Assembly (NCBI RefSeq): GCF_001194135.2
Contig: NC_069001.1
Span: forward strand, 3,304,502 to 3,368,501
DNA: 64,000 nt
Direction: 5' to 3'
From: Octopus bimaculoides
Taxonomy: Eukaryota
Part shown: positions 39,359-52,435 of the stretch, in pieces
How the letters are laid out: each line of letters begins with the position of its first letter
Position numbering within the stretch: the first letter of the stretch is position 1
Translations under genes and position numbers: made by a program
Notes under the pieces: model-generated
Seen by the model: the letters and a program-made list of their open reading frames with translations, nothing else
Databases searched by the model: none
Told to the model about the DNA's origin: nothing

Positions 39359-39926
39359 CTGGAATAGAGGAGAAAATAAATAATGTAAGCACGACAGAGG
39401 AAAGAAGGAATGAAATACATAATGCAAGTATACATACACACATACATTGTTTTACTGGATTCAATCACTGCATTATTGCCATGCTGGGGCAACACATTTG
39501 AGAGCTTTTGTCAATCACATCTACCACATTACTTATTTCAGTTTGAAACCTGTTTTATTGATCTCTGTTTGTTAAACTGCCAAGTCATAGGAAAATAAAG
39601 CGACACAAAGAAAACAAGAGAGTAAACATACATGCACACACACATAACAATATATACATACAATCAATTTACATAAAGCTAGAAAGATGTACGAAGGGGT
39701 GTTGAAAAGTCTCTGGCTTTGGGTTAAAAGAAAATACAGAAGGATCAGTTTATTATGATTTTTATTCAACGTATTACCTTCTCAGATTCACACACTTGCA
39801 GCAGTCCTTTAGTTTTTCTAAGCCTTGTAAAACAACTGGGAAATTTGTGCCTCCAGCCAGGCCTTTCCCAATACCCTTAAAGCCAGGAACTTTTCAGCAC
39901 CCCCTTGTACAAATATAGAAATACAA

Positions 39927-39970
<44 letters not shown>

Positions 39971-40181
39971 TAAATATANNNNNNNNNNNNNNNNNNNNNN
40001 NNNNNNNNNNNNNNNNNNNNNNNNNNNNNNNNNNNNNNNNNNNNNNNNNNNNNNNNNNNNNNNNNNNNNNNNNNNNNNNNNNNNNNNNNNNNNNNNNNNN
40101 NNNNNNNNNNNNNNNNNNNNNNNNNNNNNNNNNNNNNNNNNNNNNNNNNNNNNNNNNNNNNNNNNNNNNNNNNNNNNNNNN

Positions 40182-40249
<68 letters not shown>

Positions 40250-40413
40250 ATTGTATGCGTGTGTATACTTACATACATGTATACACACATAAGTAGATAT
40301 ATATCAACATATGCTTCAGAGATTCACACAAATATATCAATAGTGGATGATGATTGTGTGTGTGGGTGTGTGTGCACATATGTGTTTGCGTAAGTGTGTG
40401 CACTTTTGGTTAC

Positions 40414-40602
40414 CATAGAAATTTTTTCCATTTCCGTAGTCTTCTCCTCAAAAGAGTAAGTCAATTGTTCCAGCTGTTTCTGCAACACTTTGACCTGATT
40501 TTGTTGATTACAACGAAGAATTCTTTGTTGTTTAATCTCAGAGGTTAAATGGTCAAGAATCACCTGAGAATCAATATTTGCTGAATTGATCTGTTCAGAT
40601 TT
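40414..40602 (-). CDS. CNTRL: Centriolin exon
   Basis: KSEQINSANIDSQVILDHL...TTEMEKISM; phase 0-0; an alternative in-frame acceptor is possible at 40563. Confidence 0.8.
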
Positions 40603-41298
40603 CTGTAAGATATAGAAATAAAGATATAGAATTATTTGTGTTTTATGTCAGCTATACAAACAATCACCATTTATTCATTGTTACAGTGATACTGAGAGAT
40701 TGTTTCAAAATACAGGAATTACATTGTAAACTGCATTGAAAATTTTTAAATAAAAGAAAACAACAGAAAGAAAGAATAAAGAGAAACAAAGACAAAAGGC
40801 AGACTTATTTTGGGTCATCACATCATTGTTTTCATCTTCACTTAATCACCTACCAATAACCAAGTGTAACCCAGTTGAGCACTTGGGTCGATGTAATCGA
40901 CAGACCCCCTCCCCCCAAAATCACAGACCTTGTGCCTAGAGTAGAAAGGATTATGATTATTATTATCAACATCATCATCATCAGTAGTAGTAGTAGTAAG
41001 CTGGTGCTTTGAGACTAATTAACATTTTGTATGAAGGTTTCTAATTTTGATCCCTTTAACCCTATCGTTACCAACCCAGCTGAAACCAAAAGTAAAAGAC
41101 AAAAGATATGCTAAATGGATGTAAAGACTAGAGAAAAATAAAATGCATTATAGAGAAGAAATGCTTAGGGAGTGGATACCCCCACCCACATCATTAGCTA
41201 CATAGGTTGTTGGTAATGGCTATGTAGTAACAGGAAAGAAAATAAATATGCATGGAAAGATATCTTTTAAAAAACACAGTATGAAACTGTCTACAAAC

Positions 41299-41372
41299 CT
41301 CTTTAGAATTTGACATTTGAATCTCAGCATCTTGGAGTGATTTTTCTATCGTGTTTAATTCCTTCTGCCGTT
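41299..41372 (-). CDS. CNTRL: Centriolin exon
   Basis: ERQKELNTIEKSLQDAEIQMSNSKE; phase 1-0. Confidence 0.88.
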
Positions 41373-41387
41373 CTGGAACAAACAATA

Positions 41388-41447
<60 letters not shown>

Positions 41448-42434
41448 GAACACTGACTATATATAACATACACATGCAACATACATAGACAAGATAACTT
41501 TTGCCTGCATACATACACTATACGCATGCACTCTAGTCACAGACACACAGATATAGACACACACACACATATGTGCACACACCATGTGAAAAAGCACACA
41601 TCAACTGCTACACACAACACACATACACATGCACACACTCACACACACCATTCTCACATACACACACACACACACACACATGCATCTTCTCTTGTTGGGA
41701 TCACCAGCACTTTATTATTTCCCTTTCATTCAAGCTCTACTTTTATTATTATCTCCCTTTCCTTCAACCTCATTTTTTTCCAATCATTCGCCATGTTGGA
41801 CTGCTGCTGACCTCTACAAGTTTTTTTTCAATCTCTCTCTGTTTATTTTCTCTTATTCCTTTCTACTGAAAAGCATGGGCTCGAAACGTAAAAGACTTTT
41901 TCATTTTTTTCTATCATTTCAATTCCCCTGATTGAAATGATAGTTCATTGCAGGGTTATTTATTTACTGTTGTGTAGACTGGAGTAACGTGAAAATGAAA
42001 TGTTTGGTTCAAGAACACAACATGCCACCCCGTTTGGGAATTGAATGCACAATCTAGCAACTGAAAGAACCACAACCTAACCTCTAGACCTCAAGCCTAG
42101 TGGTTAGGGTGTGTGTGTGTGTGTGTGTGTGTGTATGTACTTTACAGATGCATACATACACCACTGCTGCTGCTGTTGTCACCACCACCCACTGTCAACA
42201 ACAACTACTACCACCACTACCACCACCACCACTACCACCACCACCACTAACACCACCATTACCACTGCCAGTATTGCCCCATGATAATACCCCAACCAAA
42301 TGACCCCTTGTACATCACCAGAACAGAATTTAACAATACCACTACTGTGATACTGTAAAATATGTTCTCACATGAAGAGAAGGATACAAAACACGACAAA
42401 GTTTTTTTAAAAGAAAAAAGTAATTTCATCAGAC

Positions 42435-42592
42435 CTGAGATATTTTCTTGAAGAGATTCCAGTTCTGTTTCTAACATTGTTTTCTTATTCTGACATTGAC
42501 TAATGAGATCTTCTTCATGCTGGATGTCATCTTGTAAGGAGTTTAGATGACCGGTTTTCTCTTTTATGGTAGTTTCAACACTGTAGAGTTCC
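42435..42592 (-). CDS. CNTRL: Centriolin exon
   Basis: ELYSVETTIKEKTGHLNSLQDDIQHEE...LESLQENIS; phase 2-1. Confidence 0.88.
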
Positions 42593-42997
42593 CTGTAAAA
42601 GAAAAATTAAATTAGATCTCAAAATAAAGACAGGACAAATTATTGAAGTTTATGTTCTGTGATATAGTAACAAGGTTTTAATGTAAATGATGCTAGACAT
42701 TATAATTCCATTCACAGAGTTATTGTTCTTATCAAACATTGAATCAAAGTGGGATAACTTGTTATGTTGGAGATTAGTTAAATAACCTATCCTGCTGGCA
42801 CTAAGTGAAATTATCTTATGTTGACTGCGTTTAAGTTAAAGCTACAGCTTTAAAATCTGCCCAGAGTTATTTCTCTTTGGTATTTCTCATTGATAATGGG
42901 TAAAGAGCTAGAAAATGTTTGCCCAAAAGTGATGAACATGGAGCAAACCCAGAATTATGCCTTGCATAAAATTATGCAAAATATAACAAATACTGAC

Positions 42998-43215
42998 GTT
43001 TTAGCTTCATTTAACTTTGTATCAAATTCACTGTGGTTCTTCACTAATTGGTTATGTTCTCTAGACAGACTTGAAACCTTCTCTTGCAAATTGCCTCTTT
43101 CTACCATAAGCTTATCCAAACAGCTACGTTCCTCTATCACAGACTGTTGTAGAAGCTTCAGTTCTTTCTTATGATGGTCTGTTTCTTTCACAACATTGCT
43201 CAGATTAAGTTTTTC
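42998..43215 (-). CDS. CNTRL: Centriolin exon
   Basis: EKLNLSNVVKETDHHKKEL...DTKLNEAKT; phase 0-2. Confidence 0.88.
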
Positions 43216-44363
43216 CTGAAAATATGTCAGAAATTAAGAAAGGTTTGAATATATTGCAGGACATTATAGCTAAATAATTTTAATCTTTTCATTGTTTCTC
43301 TGGTTATGAAGAGGATATAACTCTGTTATCATTGTTACATATACGTGTGATGAAAGCATGGAAAAATCGATGGAAATTGTACAGCTTAGCATTTAAAGAT
43401 TTTAATCTTTAGTCCTCTCGGGCAACTTCACCGAGCTTCAAAACTATAAAATTGGAAAACAGTAAGGTGAGGGGAAATAAACATCAGTAATGCATTGCCC
43501 CATGCACTGACTGCAGGAGCAACCTAGAGGTTTTTGCAAACACTTCTAAATCCATTGCAATGCTGGAAACAACTTCTGTATCATCAGCAGGTATCTCAAG
43601 GTCACAAGTGTTTCACCCCTGCCCCCCAATAAAGCAGCAAGGACTGAGCTAGTCTTCACTTATGGAAGGGTTTCACTTGGAGTCTCTTATTAACCATTGC
43701 CACCTTGAGCTTGGAAAACAGTAACAGTTAATTTCACAATTTATTCAAATTTTAATAATTCATGGATAGATATTATGTCATTATTATTCAAATTTTCATA
43801 TGGTAAAGTATAGCGTCAAAAGAACTTTTTTGATGCTGTTTTACATTCATTTTTCTAAGCAAAGATAGTAGGTATGATTTTTTTTATGAGAATTAATTGC
43901 TAACCCCACATCTACCAAGTTAGACTGGAACATGGTTGACAGTGTGCTAAACTGAGAAGAAAGTATGTTTGCTGTTCTGAGGCCCACATCACAATGGATA
44001 TAGAACTAATGTTTGAACACATGACTATATCAGTAGTGACCGTCTTAACCACGGAGCTAAGGTGCTTTATCATAATCCAAGATTATCAGTGTAATCTCTT
44101 AGGAATGCATTTTTGTCTCACTGTAGTCATTTTTTGAAATATCATATCAGGTAGCTAGAGATCAGGCTTACCATTAATCTTTAACAATAAGATAAGTGGG
44201 GTGAATGGAAAGGTGGGTAAATAGGAAGAGTTGTTGTTCATGTATGTAAGTATGTATGTATGTATGTATGTATGTATGTATGTATGTATGTATATGTTTC
44301 ATCGGTAAAACATAAATTTGAAAGAGAAGCACACTCTAAGTTATAGAGCAGTATATAATATAA

Positions 44364-44474
44364 ATAAAGTTAGATAAGGCCTGTTTATGGGATTACCCTG
44401 GGTTTCATGTCCATAAGCACTTTATGGATGTGAAACCCAGGGTAATACCATAAACCACCCTTATCTAACTTTAT
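44364..44474. repeat. Long inverted repeat (53-bp arms, 5-nt loop)
   Basis: Arms 44364-44416 and 44422-44474 match at 47 of 53 positions. Confidence 0.9.
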
Positions 44475-44917
44475 ATATATATATATATATATATAATTAT
44501 TATCATTTAATGTGTTTTCCATGCTGAGGTGCCATGTATAAGTGTGTATGTATATATATGTACACCCAGAAGGCATGTAGCTTAGTGGGTAGGGTATTTG
44601 GCTCATGATCACAAGGTTGTGAGTTCAATTCCAATCAGCTCGTTGTGTCCTTGGGCAAGGCACTTTATTTCATGTTGTTCCAGTCCACTCAGCTGTCAAA
44701 AATCAGTAGTACCTCTATTTCAAAGGGCCAGCCTTGTCAAGCTGAATCACCCTGAGAACTACATTGAGAGTATGCATGTCTGTGGAGTACTCAACTACCT
44801 TCACAGTAATTTCACGTGCAGGCTGTTTTGCTAATCGGATCAACTGGAACCCTTCTTATTGTAATCAACAGAGTGCGTTATATATGTACACCCTCAGAAC
44901 AACCACATCAACCATAC

Positions 44918-45193
44918 CTCTGATAAATGCTTGAATGTTTTTTCTAGTTCAGCATATTTCTGTTCCATTTGATTCTTCAGAGCATCAGTATTGGCTTGAA
45001 CAATCTTGCGTTGGTCAATAGCAGTCTGAAGAGTTTGCTTCTCTTCATTAATATTTGAATTAAGAACACTAGCAGCTTGGCGCTGCTTTTCCAATTCCTT
45101 TGTCACTTCTTCAAGTTCCCCTTTTTTGTTTCGAGTAACTGTTGCAAGTTCAAGATGGCAGCCCTCAAGTTTAACAAGTTTTTCATGACATGC
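44918..45193 (-). CDS. CNTRL: Centriolin exon
   Basis: ACHEKLVKLEGCHLEL...AELEKTFKHLSE; phase 0-0. Confidence 0.9.
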
Positions 45194-45341
45194 CTGTGAA
45201 GTATAGACAGCAGACACATATACTAACAAATAATGGATAATGATAAGACAAAAAGAAAATCTACTGAGTCAATCTACATGGCATTTGGTCTGTTATAGAA
45301 ATAGAATTTGTATTGTAAACTTTCATTCTCCTGGCTATACC

Positions 45342-45385
<44 letters not shown>

Positions 45386-45911
45386 NNNNNNNNNNATATA
45401 TATATACATATATACATACATACATACATACATACATACATGAATGTCTACCTACCTATCTATCTACTTACCTACCTACTTACGTACCCACCCAAAACCT
45501 ACATACATGCATACATACATACATACATACATACATACATACATACATACCCTGTTGTTGATGTTGAAATTCCAATGAAGGAGCCTTGGATCTAGGTTAG
45601 AAACCAGTTCTTTCTCTATTGGCAAGAAATCTTGAAATTAAACTGAATAATGATACACACATACACAAACACACACTTGCACACACACACACTTGCACAC
45701 ACACACACATCAGTATTTATACATATGCATACATACACACATATACATACGCATATATACACATAAAACATATAACTGGTTTTTATACAGTTTAGTCGAA
45801 CAATCCTGTACCAGTTGTACTCCTTCAGCCAATCTGAAACTATTATAATTTAACTTCTTTGATTACATCCCACCTGAACTGATTCTTGTTTTACTTCACT
45901 AAATGACTTAC

Positions 45912-46076
45912 CTTTAACTCTCTCTGTTTTAATACAACTGCCGTTTGTGCTTCCCTCAATAAATTGTCGATGTCTGACTTCTTCTTCCCCACGTCCTCTT
46001 GTATGTTTGATAGTTCTTTCTGTTTTTGACACACATGCTTATTTAGGTCTTTCACTTGCAAGGCCAGGATTTCACC
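45912..46076 (-). CDS. CNTRL: Centriolin exon
   Basis: GEILALQVKDLNKHVCQKQKEL...LKQRELK; phase 0-0. Confidence 0.88.
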
Positions 46077-46844
46077 CTTAAAAATATGCATATATAATTA
46101 CACATACATACATACATACATATACATACAGCAATGTAACTACATACATGCTGTTGGTAATTTTTTTCCTTCTTTGGACTTTTCCCTTTTCCTTTCCAAT
46201 GAAGAGCTATGCTTGATTTGTCAAAAACCCTCTCTTCTTACCAAGCACACTCTAAGATGTAGAACAGGATATATATCTTTTACTGGGGAAGGCTGGTTTA
46301 TGGTATTACCCTGCATTTCCCATCCATAAACTGTTTACCTTTATGATGTATTGTCAGACCCTGAAACCTGTTGACTTAAGACCTCTTCAAAATATATTGG
46401 CTGACCTATGGTTATAGTAGAAGACACTCACCAAAGTGGCATGCAGTGGGACTGAACCAGGAACAATGTGGTTAGGAAGCAAGCTTTTTACCACACAGCC
46501 ATGTCTGTGCCTGGGTTGTAAAGATAATTTATGAACACCTGAATACTTTAAAAAGATATGTGTATTTATAATTATACAGAAATCAATTGTTCTGATCTGT
46601 CAAACTCCCATTTCAAATTATGTCTTCATCTTTGTTTTTAATCAATAAGTCCTACTCCTTGTATTACCCTGTCCTCATTCCCATCCCCACCTCTGAATTC
46701 CTTGTCTTATTTACCAAAGGCATCAATAATGTCAACATTTGACAACTGTTTAAATATTGGGGATTGATGGCATTTCTTAATGTCTAGTTTTGATGTGGGA
46801 GTAACGAGGTAGGAGTTGGAATGAAGTCAATAAAAATGAGGAAA

Positions 46845-47060
46845 CAGAGGAGGAGAAGAGGGAGGACAGGAGGAGGTGGAGGAGATGGAGGAGGGGAGGA
46901 GAAAGACGAAGAAGAGGAAAAAGAGGAGGAAAAGAAGAAGGAAGAGAAAGAAAACGTAGAAGGAAGAGGAGGAGAAAGAAGAGGAGGAGGAGAAAGAGGA
47001 GGAAGAGAAGGAAAAAGAGGAGAATGAAGAGAAGGAGAAAGAGGAGGAGAAGGAGGAAAA
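46845..47060 (+). repeat. Purine-rich (GAG/AAG) low-complexity tract
   Basis: More than 200 bp almost purely A/G. Confidence 0.9.
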
Positions 47061-48238
47061 GACAACATTACCTCCATCATATCATCACCAAAAACAACAC
47101 CAACGGAAACAATGAAAGCATCAACACCCCACCACCACCACTACACCATCTGTTTACATTCTGAGTTCAAATTCCACCGAGGTCAACTTTGTCTTTTACC
47201 TTTTTGGGGTCTTTGAAAATAAGTACCAGTTGAGCACTGGGATCAATATGATCAACTTGCCCCTCCTCTAAAATTGTTGGACTTATGCCAACTTATCATT
47301 ATTACTGACTAAGGTGGTGAGCTAGCAGAATCGTTAGCACGCCGGGCAAAATGCTTAGCAGTATTTTACCTGCCTTTATGTTCCGAGTTCAAATTCCTCC
47401 AAGATTGACTTTGCCTTTGAACTTTTCGGGGTCAATTAAATAAGTACCAGTTAGTCACAGGGGTTGATGTAATCGACAAATCCTCACATCCCTCAAGCTA
47501 CCCTTGTGGCAAAAATTTGAAATAATTATTATTATTATTATTATCCACTGATTGTTGTTGTTGTTGTTCCTTTATGACAGCTGCCAGTTGATGATGCTGG
47601 AGTGGATAATTCCACGAGAAAGACTTTTGAAATAAATGTAATTTGGATTATAAAGAAAACCGATTAACATTTTAGTGACAAGTTCTTCACGGTGAAATAG
47701 GTTAAGAATTCTATGAAACCATTTAAAGCATTTAACAATGGTTTCATTTCATAGACAGACACAGCTGTGTAATGACACTGCTACAACCGTTGTTGTTGTT
47801 GCTGTTGTTGTTGTTCTTGTTGCTATGCTGTTGCTGCTTACAGTTCTGCAGTTATTGTTGTTGTTCCTGTGCTGCTGTTGCTCTTCAGTTGCAATTACTG
47901 CAATTGTTGTTGTTGTCGTCGTCCTCCTCCTCATCATCATCATCTTCATCCTCATATTCGTCTTCATCATCATCAGCCTTCTTCTTCTTCTTCTTCTTCT
48001 TCTTCTTCTGTTGATGTTGTTGCTGTTGCTATTCTGTTTTTGATGTTGCTATTATACTGGGGAGATAAGGTGGGATGGTAGTGGTGTTGCAGTTGTTGCT
48101 GCTGCTGCTGCTACTGCTGCCATTGCTTAGCCTCCAAAGTAAGGACCCGATTCAACTGATCAGACCCTAACTTGGGAACTAAGCTACAAACACACTTCAA
48201 CAGTTACTATACTGTCTTTACTTTAGCACAAGGAAATA

Positions 48239-48530
48239 TGTTCTGTTTATCACATGTGATATCCAGGACATATTTCCCTGGCGTCCATGCATCATATATG
48301 ATACACATTCCCAATTTTATCTGTCCCGTTTATCACATTTGATACCCAGGACATATCTCCCTGGTGTCCATGCATCTTACATAATACATGTTCGCAATTT
48401 AGCCTGTCCGGGACATATACATGGGATACATGTATATGATACATGGACATATTTATTTCCCTGGCGTCCAAGCATCATATATGATACACATTCCCAATTT
48501 TGCCTGTCCTGTTTACCACATGTGATACAC
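48239..48530 (+). repeat. About three diverged ~85-bp tandem units
   Basis: ggacatatttccctggcgtccatgcatcatatatgatacacattcccaatttt..ctgtcc recurs near 48266, 48349 and 48450. Confidence 0.75.
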
Positions 48531-49218
48531 AAAGCATATTCCTCTAGTGTTGTAGGACTGCAGCCATACTGGAGCACTGTGTTAAAAACATTCAGGACAA
48601 AATTATGAAAATGTTTTGCACAGGCAAAGATTTAAAACATAAAGTAATCAAAGGCTCACATTATCTAATTAATAAATCATTCAAAAAATGGTTAGGAAAA
48701 AAATGTCACATAGTAAATGTGACAATAAAACATCGCAACAAATGCATCAAAAGTGCATGAAAATGTGTGTAAGTGTGTATATATGTATGGGTATGTATCT
48801 GTATGTGAAAATATGCATAAGCTTGTATATATGTATGTGTGTGCATGTGTGTGTATGTGTGTTGTGTGTGCATTGTGTGATTTTGTGTGCATTGCATGTT
48901 TTTTGTGTGTATATGCAATATGTGTATGATATAATATGAAGTATTGTAAAACTTATATAACTGCATCAAGCCATGTGATATGAAATAAAGATCCATGCAA
49001 GGTAAGCCTCTATGTTTATAAATGCTATATAAAAAATTGGTGTGAACACAAGCAATATGATATGCAAAAGATATCAAATATTATGTCATGCAATAAATAT
49101 ACATGGAAGAAACATTAAATAATAATGATAAATGTGATGCCCCAATGTACATGTATGTATACATGCACACGCACACATGCACATACACACATATGAAATA
49201 TCTTGTATATACACTCAC

Positions 49219-49224
49219 CTGCCT
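49219..49224 (-). CDS. CNTRL: Candidate 6-nt centriolin microexon (Arg-Gln)
   Basis: Minus strand ttttgtacttttcttttccttaaatcCAG|AGGCAG|GTGAGT; phase 0-0 between two phase-0 exons. Confidence 0.5.
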
Positions 49225-49749
49225 CTGGATTTAAGGAAAAGAAAAGTACAAAAATAGAATTTAAAAATAAATACATGAATAAATGATAATTTTATTGTAT
49301 CAAGAGATACAGGAAGACATAAGAAGCACAAACATCTCAGCTCAATTTCACCCCATTTTCTCTGAAATATTTAGGGACTTTTGTAAATTACTTAACAATA
49401 GCAAAAAATATAATTTTGTGGATGTGTGGTAAGAAGCTTGTTTCCCATCCACATGGTTCCTGGTTCAGTCCCACTGTGTGACACCTTGGGCAAGTGTCTT
49501 CTATCTTAGTCTTGGGCCAACCAAAGCCTTGTGAGTGGATTTGGTAACTGAAACTGAAAGAAGTCCATTATATCCATCCATCCATACATACATACATATG
49601 AACAAGAAGACTGAGAGCTGGCAGAATTGCTAAATCATACAAAACAAAAAAATGTTTTGCATTATTTGCTCTAGCTTTTTACACTCTAAGACATGCTATG
49701 TTTTGCTCTCTAAGGAACAATGAAAGGTTAAAAAGTAAATAGTCTATAC

Positions 49750-49876
49750 CTGTTCTCTTAATTTGCTGATCTCCAGTTTTGTCTTTTCTAATTTTCCTCT
49801 AGAATTTATCAAAGACTTTGTAGCTTCTCTCTCTGCCTCAGATGTCACTGTCAGCTCCCTCTGCACCAATTGTAGT
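49750..49876 (-). CDS. CNTRL: Centriolin exon
   Basis: LQLVQRELTVTSEAEREATKSL...ISKLREQ; phase 2-0. Confidence 0.88.
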
Positions 49877-50648
49877 CTATAATTAAAGAAGAAAACTGTT
49901 TCATATATTCATTTGTAAATTTTTTGAAAAAAAAAATGGCTGATCATTATTACTTCATAATAATTATTTGGGCATCCAGCTGTAGGAACACTGCCAGATC
50001 AGACTGGAGTCTGGTGCAGCCTCCTGGCTTCCCAGACCTGAGTCGAAACATCCAACCCAAGCATGGAAAACGGACATTAGATGATGATGATGATGATGAT
50101 GATAATGATGAACCACAAAGCCAGTAGGGTACAAGTTAGTTGATTTTATCAATCCCAGTGTTTGATTGGTATTACATGTTGTCTGCCACAGAAAGATGGA
50201 GGCCAAAATTGACCTTGGTGGTATATGAGCTCAAAACATAAAGAGCTAGAAAAACTGCTGCTAAGCATTTTGTCCTACATACAAGTATTTCTGCCAGTTC
50301 ACCACCTTATTCGTCGCAATATAATAGTTTGTATTCTGTACAATATTATTCAGTTATTTGGTGAGCTGGCAGTATTGTAACTATGCCAACCAAAATGCTT
50401 AGCAGCATTTCATCTGTCTTTGCATTCTGAGTTCAAATTCCATCAAGGTCGACTTTGCCTTTCATCCTGTTGGAGGTGATAAAATAAGTAGTAGTTCAAT
50501 ACTGGGGTCGATGTAATCGACTTACACCCTCCTCCAAACTTGCTGGCCTTGTGCCAAAATTTTAAACCAATATTATTCAGTTCTTTCAAATTAAAAAGAC
50601 AAAAGAAAAAAAAAACAGAAAATATTTTTAAAAAATCAACATGCTTGC

Positions 50649-50713
50649 CTTTGATTTGAGGTTTGGATTTTACTATCAAGCTTTCGAAATTCCCTATCTT
50701 TTTCAGTAATGAT
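50649..50713 (-). CDS. CNTRL: Centriolin exon with GC donor
   Basis: IITEKDREFRKLDSKIQTSNQ(R); ends AAG|GCAAGC; phase 0-2 is required by both neighbours. Confidence 0.8.
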
Positions 50714-51222
50714 CTAAAATAAGTACAAATGGTACATGGTTTAAATATGATGAACAACAACGACAACAACAACATCATGGCTACTGAATAAGTGTCATAT
50801 ATTTCTACAGATAAATTCCTCTATTTGCATAATATCGAGGTCTCTTTCTTTCTTTTATTGTCATTCCTGTCAANNNNNNNNNNNNNNNNNNNNNNNNNNN
50901 NNNNNNNNNNNNNNNNNNNNNNNNNNNNNNNNNNNNNNNNNNNNNNNNNNNNNNNNNNNNNNNNNNNNNNNNNNNNNNNNNNNNNNNNNNNNNNNNNNNN
51001 NNNNNNNNNNNNNNNNNNNNNNNNNNNNNNNNNNNNNNNNNNNNNNNNNNNNNNNNNNNNNNNNNNNNNNNNNNNNNNNNNNNNNNNNNNNNNNNNNNNN
51101 NNNNNNNNNNNNNNNNNNNNNNNNNNNNNNNNNNNNNNNNNNNNNTCAGCAACCCTTTCCATCTACGTGTATCCTCATGCTCCACCTAGTCCATTCTGTC
51201 CTTCTACGATGTGTATCCTTAT

Positions 51223-51281
<59 letters not shown>

Positions 51282-51493
51282 CATATACATACACACACAC
51301 ACACATACATATACATATACATACACACTTGCACATAATAAAGTTTTATACAGTTTCCATTGAGCAAATTTTACTCACAAGACATTAGTCAACCCAAAGC
51401 CATAGTAGAAGACACTTGCCCAAGCTGCCACCAAACAAATCAAACCAGAATGTATATGACCTGCACCACAACATGTCAAATATGTCAACTGAC

Positions 51494-51700
51494 CACATTT
51501 ATATCTGCCAGTATTTTCTCCAATGTGCTTTTTTTCTGCTGCATCTCTTTGTATTCTGTTTTAATCATCTTCAGGTTCCCAGATTCTGTGATAAGTTGTA
51601 GCCCTGCCTTGTTTGCTCGTTCTTCCAGTTCTCGAGTCTCTTTCCTGACAGTGTGTAAAGAGGAAGAAGCACTGTCATGTTTTCTAACTGTTTCTTCAGC
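51494..51700 (-). CDS. CNTRL: Centriolin exon
   Basis: AEETVRKHDSASSSL...ELEERANK...EKILADINV; phase 0-0. Confidence 0.88.
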
Positions 51701-51903
51701 CTAAAAGACAAAAACATGTGGCTATGGAATTTCAAGGTTGAGAGGCAGAAAACAGAAAGACAGAGAGATAGACAAATATATATGTATGTGTGTGTGTGTG
51801 CTGGTGCTACATAAAAAGCATCTAGTCCACTCTGTGGTGGTTGCATTGGAAAGAAAGGGTATCCAGCCATAAAAAATACAATGCCAAGACAGACAGTGGA
51901 GCT

Positions 51904-51972
<69 letters not shown>

Positions 51973-52435
51973 TAGGTAGGTAGGTAGGTACATAGATAGA
52001 TACACAGGCAAGCAGATAGACAGACAGAGAGCTAGAAGGTAGATAGATAGATAGACAGACAGACAGCTTTGAAACCTGCAATGGACTGGCATCCCATTCA
52101 AGGGAATGCTGTGATCTTGGTAATTTATATGCAATGGATATTGTGTAACTGGCCTTATGAGTCTCTTATGAAAAACTAAGAAAGAAAAAAGGAGAGACAC
52201 TATCTTAAAATTTATCTCCCTGTTAAAGAAAGATCATTGCCCTTAGCTTTAAGTTTCAATTGAAGAAATACCAAAATCTCAATAATTAACCCCCAGTCAA
52301 AGACAGTTTATTACCCGCTATGTTAAGTCCCAAATGTAGATGACTTGTTGCCTACTACAGCATTATGTCCAAACTTAGAAGTACCAAAACCTCAAGATTA
52401 AACAACAACTGAAAATGTATTAAGAATCTTTGAAC

